From Acetobacterium sp. (GTDB taxonomy: Bacteria > Bacillota > Clostridia > Eubacteriales > Eubacteriaceae): a DNA stretch of 64,000 bases. Shown here one piece after another: positions 57,126-64,000 of this stretch (position 1 is the stretch's first letter; every line of letters begins with the position of its first letter). The translations under genes were made by a program, and so were the position numbers. The stretch is taken from assembly GCF_030652775.1 (NCBI RefSeq), contig NZ_JAUSPS010000010.1, positions 19,280 through 83,279 of the forward strand, given 5' to 3'. Below the pieces are notes generated by a model. It searched no databases. It worked only from the letters and a program-made list of their open reading frames with translations, and was not told where the DNA came from.

Positions 57126-57974
57126 TTACGCTATCGAAATCTTCCAAACCGCTCTACCGGCGTCTTCACTAACTTTTACTGTTGGCTGCCAGCCTCGGTC
57201 AATTAGTCCAAGCCAGACATGGCATGCGCATATGCCAATATCGACATTCGGATGTTCCCATTTAAAGTGCTGGTATCCCGGTGGCATCGCAACGGTGATC
57301 GTATTGAAGGAATCTTCAAAGCCGAACCGCCACATTTGGGCATTTCCAGCCGAAGGCGCTTTTCGGCCTAAGTCCAGCGCATACAATAGATCATCTGACA
57401 GATGACTAAAATTATCCGGATTCTCCAGCAACTCAATAATTTCTTTCCGTTTATGGCTGATCGTCTTTTCTGTGATCCTGTCGATCAGACGCAATCCGCC
57501 ATCCTCATAATAACCAAGTGGCGTGATGCAGATCGCCCGCATCCCGGTGGTCTCGCCTTTTGAATGCCCAAACCCCTTGTTTGCTTCTTTTAACTGGTCA
57601 GGTGATTGCAAATGGGGCATCAAGCGTTCAAGCTCTGCCAGTTTGTAGTGCCCATACCAACAAGTAGAAAGGTTCTTACTCTGGGCGTAAAGAATCAGTA
57701 ACTCCCCGACGAAACCCGCCTGTGAAATGGAGATGGCATCGGTTTCGGCCACAAATGCAATGTTATCTGGTGGTGATTTCATCAGTGGATAGAGTGTTTT
57801 TGTCGGATCGGCATGAAAGAATCGAATCGCAACGTGATGCTCAAACGGAATCAGCATTGCCCTGGCAAAGTTTTTGATCGTGTCCATGACGTCTTGATCA
57901 ACAGGCATCATTTGATAACTGCGTGCCGATCGCCTGGCATCGATCGTACTTTTAATCGAAAATGTAATTGACAT
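57126..57974 (-). CDS. Nitroreductase family protein
   Basis: ARRSARSY, LSTCWYG, KAPSAGNAQMW, DIGICACH. Start at ATG 57974 behind GGAGG. Confidence 0.88.
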   Translation of the reverse strand: MSITFSIKSTIDARRSARSYQMMPVDQDVMDTIKNFARAMLIPFEHHVAIRFFHADPTKTLYPLMKSPPDNIAFVAETDAISISQAGFVGELLILYAQSKNLSTCWYGHYKLAELERLMPHLQSPDQLKEANKGFGHSKGETTGMRAICITPLGYYEDGGLRLIDRITEKTISHKRKEIIELLENPDNFSHLSDDLLYALDLGRKAPSAGNAQMWRFGFEDSFNTITVAMPPGYQHFKWEHPNVDIGICACHVWLGLIDRGWQPTVKVSEDAGRAVWKISIA

Positions 57975-58008
57975 TTGCGGTACCTCCATAAATCTTGTTA
58001 TTCAAAAT

Positions 58009-58037
58009 ATGACGCAAGGATGTTTCGTTCGTCATGC
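58009..58037 (+). repeat. REP-like element abutting the RAYT stop codon
   Basis: ATGACGCAAGGATGTTTCGTTCGTCATGC; 23/29 identical to the inverted copy at 58843-58871. Confidence 0.8.
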
Positions 58038-58793
58038 TTATCGCTTCAATGCCTGCTCGACCATCATCTTGCCCAGCCCCAGCACCCGGCTCAACTGGCG
58101 GATACTGCCACCGCTTTCCCGCTGAATCTGTCGGATCAGCTGGTTGCGCTTGTCAACGGACAATTCGCTCAGATTCTGGTACTCGCTATTATGTTTCAGC
58201 ATGTCAGTAAGCAGTTCATCGCTCCATCTCGTTTTGGGGTGGCTTTCCAGACAGTCATCCTGATTTTCTTCCTTCGAAAAACGAATAAAATCTGCCACGG
58301 TCGGAAAATAGTCTTTGATGATCCCACTATCAAGGATCGCCGGATTTCCCTGATCGACCTGGATCATTTTATGATAACTGCTCCATGGATACTCTTCTAA
58401 CTGGCTAACCATTCCCGCTTTTAAGGGATTCCGGTGAATATATCGAAGCACTGTTATCAGATGCTGTTTAGCTTCAACTGCTTCACTACTAAAACGACTC
58501 TGGAAAAGATGGCCGGTTCGCCCATATTTGTTGTTGTGCAATTGAACATATCCAACGGTAATCCGTTTGATGCTGGTGCCCAGCTCTTCCCCTTCTTTGA
58601 TCAGCAGATGGACGTGGTTATCCATAAGGCAATAAGCATACAGCTGAAACCCGCCGGTTTCTCTCGCCTTATTCAACTTTTCCATAAAAATTGACCGATC
58701 CGAATCATCCAAAAAAAGATTACGTCCATCCAGACCTTTTAGCAGGACATGATAAATCCCCGTTGTGCTTTTGACCCGCGCTTGTCTTGCCAT
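58038..58793 (-). mobile_element. REP-associated tyrosine transposase (RAYT)-like HUH/Y1 transposase
   Basis: YHVLLKG, YCLMDNHVHLL (HUH), GHLFQSRF, RYIHRNP (catalytic Tyr), YPWSSY, C-terminal HTH-like tail. 251 aa, longer than IS200 TnpA. Start at ATG 58793. Confidence 0.88.
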
Positions 58794-58842
58794 TGCTGCT
58801 TTCACCTCCTGCTGTTTTTGCCAGTATATCACATTTTTGACG

Positions 58843-58871
58843 GCATAACAAACGAAACGTCCCTTTGTCAT
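58843..58871 (-). repeat. REP-like element upstream of RAYT (inverted partner)
   Basis: Minus strand ATGACAAAGGGACGTTTCGTTTGTTATGC with self-complementary ends. Confidence 0.8.
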
Positions 58872-59037
58872 GATTGATGCTGGTCAGAATTATTTTATAT
58901 CCTTTGATCACTAAATTTAAAACAAGAGAACGGAATTTACATGTTTTTTACATAAACATTAGGTAATCGACTTGATTATTAGATATCTTTAGTTTAGAAT
59001 TATTATAAATTAAATATAATGACAGGAGATTATAAGA

Positions 59038-61905
59038 ATGAAATGGTTTTATAACATGAAGATCAGAACAAAGCTTTTAGCCGGATTTATGCTGGTAACA
59101 GTCCTCGTTGGTATTATCGGCTATGTGGGGATCACAAATATAAAAGCGTTGGATACATCCAGCACGAAACTTTATGAACACGTGACGCTGCCAACCTCGG
59201 ATAGTGGGAATATGGGTATTGAGTTCGGGAAGATCAATAGCTACATCAGAGATATGATCATTGCCGATGATCCCGCAATCATTGCGGCAACTGGCGATAA
59301 AATCGCTGCGAGCCGTGAACAAATCACCCAACTATCGGAATCCTTTGAACAGAATATTCTCGATGATGAGATGGCGCAACTGTATCAGCAGTTCATCGAT
59401 TCCCGAAAGGTTTATGCGACCGAGTTGGAAGCAGTAATGGCCTTGGCTCGCCAGAATCAGGACGAAGAAGCGCTTGCCCGGATCGCAACTACCGGGGTCG
59501 TCGGGATTGCCTCGCAGGCCGAACAGGATGCCCTGGAAAAAATCCACGATATGACTGTGGAGGATGGCAAAGAACTGTCCGAGGGCAATCACAATCAGAC
59601 AAACAACGTCGTGACCACCATGACGGCCTTGATGGCGATCGGCGTTCTGATGGCTCTGTCCCTAGGTTTTTTTCTCAGTTTAGTCATCAGTCGGTTGCTT
59701 AAAAAAGCGGAATATATGATCAAAGAAATGCGGCTGGGGCATTTGGGTGCGCGGCTGAATATGAACAGCCGTGATGAAATCGGCCAGATGGCCATGGCCA
59801 TGGATGGACTGGCCGATGATCTACAGAATGTAGTGATTGCGACCATGAACCAGATTTCCGAAGGCGATGTTTCGGCGACGATTGAAGTCAAAGATGACCA
59901 GGACGAAATCTCCCCCGCACTTATAAAGACCATCGCAACCATCCGGGATCTGATTAGTGAATCAACCATGCTGTCGCAAGCCGCCGTGGAAGGACGTCTG
60001 GACACACGCGGTACGGCCGATGCCTTTAACGGCGGGTTTAAAGAAATCGTTGGCGGAGTCAATGCGATGCTGGGTGCCCTGGTTGGCTACATCGATGTCA
60101 TGCCCAACCCGGTTTTAATCATTGATAATGACTTTAACATTCTCTATTTGAATGATTCAGCGGCTCAGGTTGTGGGACTTGCCAAAAATGAAGCCCTCGG
60201 TCAGCCGTGTCACAGTCTTTTTAAGACATCCGATTGCCATTCGGAAAATTGTGCCTGCACCAGAGCGATGCGTACCGGTAATAAAGCAACCAGCGAAACG
60301 GATGCGCACCCAAATGGTTTAGATCTCGATATTTCTTATACCGGGGTGCCAATTACCGATCATTCCGGGAATATTATTGGCGCGATGGAATTTATCACCG
60401 ATCTGACGGCCATCCGCACAGAAGAACGGCGGATGATAAAAATATCGGATTATCAGCAACATGAAACACAAAAGCTGGTGACCGAACTCACCAAACTTTC
60501 CCAGGGGAATACCGATGTTGTAATTGATCTTGCCGACTGTGACGCCGATACTCAGACGACCTATGAGACCTTCCAGATTATTGGCGACGCCGTCAGTCAA
60601 TGTGTGGCATCGATCAAGGCACTGGTTCAAGACGTTGGAATGCTGGCGCAGGCCGGTATCGCCGGAAACCTCGATACCCGGGCGGATATCAGCAAACATC
60701 AGGGTGATTTTGCTCGGATTGTTGATGGTGTCAACGCCACGCTTGATGCCGTGGTGGCACCGGTTCAGGAAGCATCAGCGATCCTAAACGAACTGGCTCA
60801 GGGAAACCTCGACACCGGGATGGTGGGCTCTTATCAGGGTGATTATACTATTATCAAGGACAATATGAATCAAACCGTCGACTTCCTCAAACGCTATGTT
60901 AGTGAAATCACCACTACCTTAGAAGAAATCGGCCGGGGGAACCTCGATCAGCACATCACTGCCGACTATCTGGGCGACTTCCAGGCCATCAAAACAGCCC
61001 TGAACGACATCACCGCCAATCTCAGTGCCACCCTATCCGACATTAATATTGCCGCCAGTCAGGTTGAAATCGGCTCCCAGCAGATTTCCGATGGTGGTCA
61101 GGCCTTGTCCCAGGGTACCACCGAACAGGCCAGTGCGATCCAGCAACTGACCGCTTCCATTGAAGAAGTCGCCGCCGAAACTAAGAAAAATGCCATCAGA
61201 GCCAATGATGCCAATGACCTGGCCTTACAGGTTCGAAGTAATGCAAAAGTGGGCAATGATCAGATGAATAAAATGGTCACCGCCATGGTGGACATTAACG
61301 ACTCTTCAAAAAGCATTTCCAAGATCATCAAAGTCATCGATGATATCGCCTTCCAGACCAATATTCTGGCTCTGAACGCCGCCGTTGAAGCCGCCCGGGC
61401 AGGCCAGCATGGCAAGGGCTTTGCGGTAGTTGCCGAAGAAGTAAGAAGCCTGGCCGCCCGCAGTGCCGAAGCCGCCAAGGAAACGACCGGTCTGATTGAA
61501 GGATCCATTGACAGGGTCAACGCCGGCACAAAAATTGCCGATCAGACCGAAGAAAGCCTCAAAGAGATTTTAAATCAAATCCAAAAAGTGACCGATCTGG
61601 TCGGTAGTATCGCCCAGGCCTCTAACGACCAGGCCACTGAAATCACCCAAATCAACAGGGGCATCGAACAGGTATCCAAGGTCGTTCAAACCAACTCGGC
61701 CACCGCCGAAGAAAGCGCCGCCGCCAGTGAAGAGCTTTCCGGCCAGGCTGAAATGCTCAAACAAATGGTGGAAGCTTTTAAAACCAAGGATTCAAGTACA
61801 TCACGTTCAATCAGAAAAGAAACAGCTTTCCAACCCGTAAAAACAACCAGATTACGTTCGTCCGAAGTTACGATCAATTTGGATGATGACATCGACAAAT
61901 ACTAA
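59038..61905 (+). CDS. Methyl-accepting chemotaxis protein (4HB - HAMP - PAS - HAMP - MA)
   Basis: Two TM segments; HAMP (RDEIGQMA); PAS with CHSLFKTSDCHSENCAC; IAFQTNILALNAAVEAARAGQHGKGFAVVAEEVR. Confidence 0.95.
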   Translation: MKWFYNMKIRTKLLAGFMLVTVLVGIIGYVGITNIKALDTSSTKLYEHVTLPTSDSGNMGIEFGKINSYIRDMIIADDPAIIAATGDKIAASREQITQLSESFEQNILDDEMAQLYQQFIDSRKVYATELEAVMALARQNQDEEALARIATTGVVGIASQAEQDALEKIHDMTVEDGKELSEGNHNQTNNVVTTMTALMAIGVLMALSLGFFLSLVISRLLKKAEYMIKEMRLGHLGARLNMNSRDEIGQMAMAMDGLADDLQNVVIATMNQISEGDVSATIEVKDDQDEISPALIKTIATIRDLISESTMLSQAAVEGRLDTRGTADAFNGGFKEIVGGVNAMLGALVGYIDVMPNPVLIIDNDFNILYLNDSAAQVVGLAKNEALGQPCHSLFKTSDCHSENCACTRAMRTGNKATSETDAHPNGLDLDISYTGVPITDHSGNIIGAMEFITDLTAIRTEERRMIKISDYQQHETQKLVTELTKLSQGNTDVVIDLADCDADTQTTYETFQIIGDAVSQCVASIKALVQDVGMLAQAGIAGNLDTRADISKHQGDFARIVDGVNATLDAVVAPVQEASAILNELAQGNLDTGMVGSYQGDYTIIKDNMNQTVDFLKRYVSEITTTLEEIGRGNLDQHITADYLGDFQAIKTALNDITANLSATLSDINIAASQVEIGSQQISDGGQALSQGTTEQASAIQQLTASIEEVAAETKKNAIRANDANDLALQVRSNAKVGNDQMNKMVTAMVDINDSSKSISKIIKVIDDIAFQTNILALNAAVEAARAGQHGKGFAVVAEEVRSLAARSAEAAKETTGLIEGSIDRVNAGTKIADQTEESLKEILNQIQKVTDLVGSIAQASNDQATEITQINRGIEQVSKVVQTNSATAEESAAASEELSGQAEMLKQMVEAFKTKDSSTSRSIRKETAFQPVKTTRLRSSEVTINLDDDIDKY

Positions 61906-62176
61906 CCGGACATCACATTTGATGTCAGAGGATAATCAGAAAAAAAAACGAACTTTGAGTCGCTGTTTTTTTATTGGTAAGATTTTCTTGTCCGATTTTT
62001 TATCCCGGGTTTCGCGTAACCGAGTCGGCAGGACGCAAAAATTATCCCCAACCGTTTTTTTCTGTCACGTTCACCATGGTTTTTCGGTGTTTGATAGCGT
62101 CACAATGGGACGCTTGAATATTTTCGTCAAAAGAAATACAATATAAACGCAGTAAAATTAAGGATGGTGAAAATAA

Positions 62177-62863
62177 ATGAAACGGATATTTTTGGTTGAG
62201 GACGATCAGGCCATCGCTAAAAACCTGATCCTGTTGCTTCGTGCGGAGGGATTTACCGTCACTCACGCCCCGACCCGTGGTGACGCCCTGGCCGCCCTTG
62301 ACGGGAATAAATTTGACCTGGCGCTGGTTGATATTTCTTTGCCTGACGGAAATGGCTTTGCGGTTTGCACCGAAATAAAAGCAACCGGGGATATTCCGGT
62401 TATCTTTCTAACCGCTTCCGGCGATGAAGCGAGTGTTGTTACCGGCCTGAACATGGGCGCCGACGACTATATCACCAAGCCGTTTCGGCCCCGGGAATTG
62501 ATTGCGCGCATTGGCACCGCCCTACGCAAAAGCGGGCGTTCGCCAGCGGCTTTTGAAATTCGCAATCTTCATGTTGATACCGCCAGCGGCCTGGTGAAAA
62601 AAAACGGCAACGAGGTTTTTCTCTCAGCACTAGAATATCGCTTGCTTTTGGTGTTTATCAGCAGCCCTAAAAGTATTATCACGAGGGGTAGGCTGCTTGA
62701 CGAATTGTGGGATGCGGCGGGCGAGTTTGTCAACGACAATACCTTAACCGTGTACATCAAACGCTTGCGGGAGAAGATTGAGACCGACCCCGCCAGCCCG
62801 CAAATCATTCTGACCGTTCGCGGGACGGGCTATCGATTGGGTGGGGACGATGTTGCGGAATAA
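62177..62863 (+). CDS. OmpR-family response regulator
   Basis: LVEDD, VDISLPDGNG, DYITKPF, ILTVRGTGYR. Confidence 0.95.
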   Translation: MKRIFLVEDDQAIAKNLILLLRAEGFTVTHAPTRGDALAALDGNKFDLALVDISLPDGNGFAVCTEIKATGDIPVIFLTASGDEASVVTGLNMGADDYITKPFRPRELIARIGTALRKSGRSPAAFEIRNLHVDTASGLVKKNGNEVFLSALEYRLLLVFISSPKSIITRGRLLDELWDAAGEFVNDNTLTVYIKRLREKIETDPASPQIILTVRGTGYRLGGDDVAE

Positions 62864-63839
62864 AGAGTTTCGGCAATTTGCTCTTGTGTTCGCCTTAATC
62901 ACCGCCGTTACGGTGATGCTGGGCTTTGCCATCAATATGGCGGCGGGAATCCTTGCCACCGCTGCTGCCGCCGCCTTTGGCTCCGCGTTTTTCGCGTTTA
63001 CCAAAGCCCGCTACCAAAGCCTAGCACAGATTTCTAATCAAATCGATCGGGTCCTTCATAATGTTGACAACCTGTATATTGGTGAATCGGACGAGGGCGA
63101 ACTTTCTATTTTACACAGCGAGATAACTAAAATGACGCTGCGCATTCGGGAGCAAAACGACGCCTTGAAAAAAGAGAAGGAGCATCTGGCCAATTCACTG
63201 GCCGACATCGCCCACCAACTTCGCACCCCGCTGACATCCGTAAATCTGATTCTGTCATTGTTAGCGAATAACCCTGATAAAAACGAGCGGCAAGCCTTTC
63301 TGCGGGAGACCGAGGAATTGCTGCAGCAGATGGATTGGCTGCTTACTTCCCTACTCAAATTATCCCGCCTGGATGCCGGCATTGTGGTGTTCCAAAGCGA
63401 GCCGATCGATGTTAACAACTTGATCGGTGCTGCGCTGCGCCCGCTGCTAATCCCAATCGAACTGCACGATATTGATGTACAAGTAGAGGTTCCGAAAGGG
63501 CTAATGATCCCGGGTGATTCCGGTTGGCTTTCGGAAGCGCTTCAAAACATCCTCAAAAATTGCATTGATAGCATTGGCGCAAGCGGGAAAATTGAGATTT
63601 TCTGCCGGGACAACCCACTGTATACCGAGATGACCATCCATGATAGCGGCGCGGGTTTTGACTTAGCCGATTTACCCTGCCTGTTTGACCGCTTTTATCG
63701 TGGCAAAAACCAAAGCGCCACTGGATACGGGATTGGCCTGGCGCTCTGCAAGATGATTATCACCCGGCAGGGCGGGACGATTATCGCCAAAAATCATCCC
63801 CAGGGCGGCGCGATCTTTGCCATTCGTTTCTCAAAGTGA
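62850..63839 (+). CDS. Sensor histidine kinase
   Basis: IAHQLRTP, NILKNC, DSGAGF, GYGIGLAL. Start at ATG 62850. Confidence 0.93.
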   Translation: MLRNKEFRQFALVFALITAVTVMLGFAINMAAGILATAAAAAFGSAFFAFTKARYQSLAQISNQIDRVLHNVDNLYIGESDEGELSILHSEITKMTLRIREQNDALKKEKEHLANSLADIAHQLRTPLTSVNLILSLLANNPDKNERQAFLRETEELLQQMDWLLTSLLKLSRLDAGIVVFQSEPIDVNNLIGAALRPLLIPIELHDIDVQVEVPKGLMIPGDSGWLSEALQNILKNCIDSIGASGKIEIFCRDNPLYTEMTIHDSGAGFDLADLPCLFDRFYRGKNQSATGYGIGLALCKMIITRQGGTIIAKNHPQGGAIFAIRFSK

Positions 63840-63921
63840 CGGATCTCTCACCTGAAAGTCACAACGATGTAAGTTGAAACTGCTATTATATGGGTAAACC
63901 ATGAGAAAGGAGACTCACATA

Positions 63922-64000
63922 ATGGAGTTTTTAAAAATTGAAAATTTATGCAAGGTCTACGGCAAGGACGAAAACCAGGTTACCGCCCTGGATCATGTTT
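63922..64000 (+). CDS. ABC transporter ATP-binding protein, 5' part (runs off window end)
   Basis: MEFLKIENLCKVYGKDENQVTALDHV behind an AAGGAG RBS, downstream of the TCS. Confidence 0.8.
   Translation, partial: MEFLKIENLCKVYGKDENQVTALDHV

Noticed and set aside
59595-60699. Long antisense ORFs within the MCP gene (and similar ones at 6153-7651, 23619-23921, 36724-37557, 49966-50382, 57975-58400)
   Set aside because: They lie fully opposite well-supported genes and have no RBS or motifs; codon-bias shadows.
1-64000. CRISPR array, tRNA or rRNA
   Set aside because: No regularly spaced direct repeats with unique spacers and no recognisable stable-RNA signatures were seen; the REP-like copies are irregularly dispersed.

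Overview
Low-GC Firmicute chromosome window, most likely an acetogen of the Acetobacterium/Eubacterium type. That assignment is inferred from a complete acetyl-CoA synthase gene (acsB) and the overall gene content. The window is an accessory-gene mosaic of about 60 CDS: regulator-plus-cargo modules, detox and efflux genes, two two-component system (TCS)/ABC modules, a metal/cofactor uptake operon and a chemoreceptor, with many decayed gene fragments in between. No rRNA, tRNA, CRISPR array or prophage was seen. Highlights: (1) a REP-associated tyrosine transposase (RAYT)-like HUH/Y1 transposase flanked by inverted ~27-29 bp REP-like elements, with further copies dispersed at module junctions and next to duplication scars; (2) a stand-alone acsB with an intact A-cluster motif, a sigma54 -24/-12 promoter, palindromic upstream sites and an adjacent V4R-domain enhancer-binding protein whose leader resembles a degenerate SAM-I riboswitch; (3) a FecCD-type uptake operon with two related membrane-anchored surface proteins (one with LRRs) and a cytoplasmic trio of SBP-like protein, HypB-like GTPase and orphan ABC ATPase; (4) an Amt-GGDEF fusion; (5) a PanB-fold protein that has lost the Mg2+ ligands, paired with an SDR. 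All assignments come from motif recognition by eye; no database searches were run.
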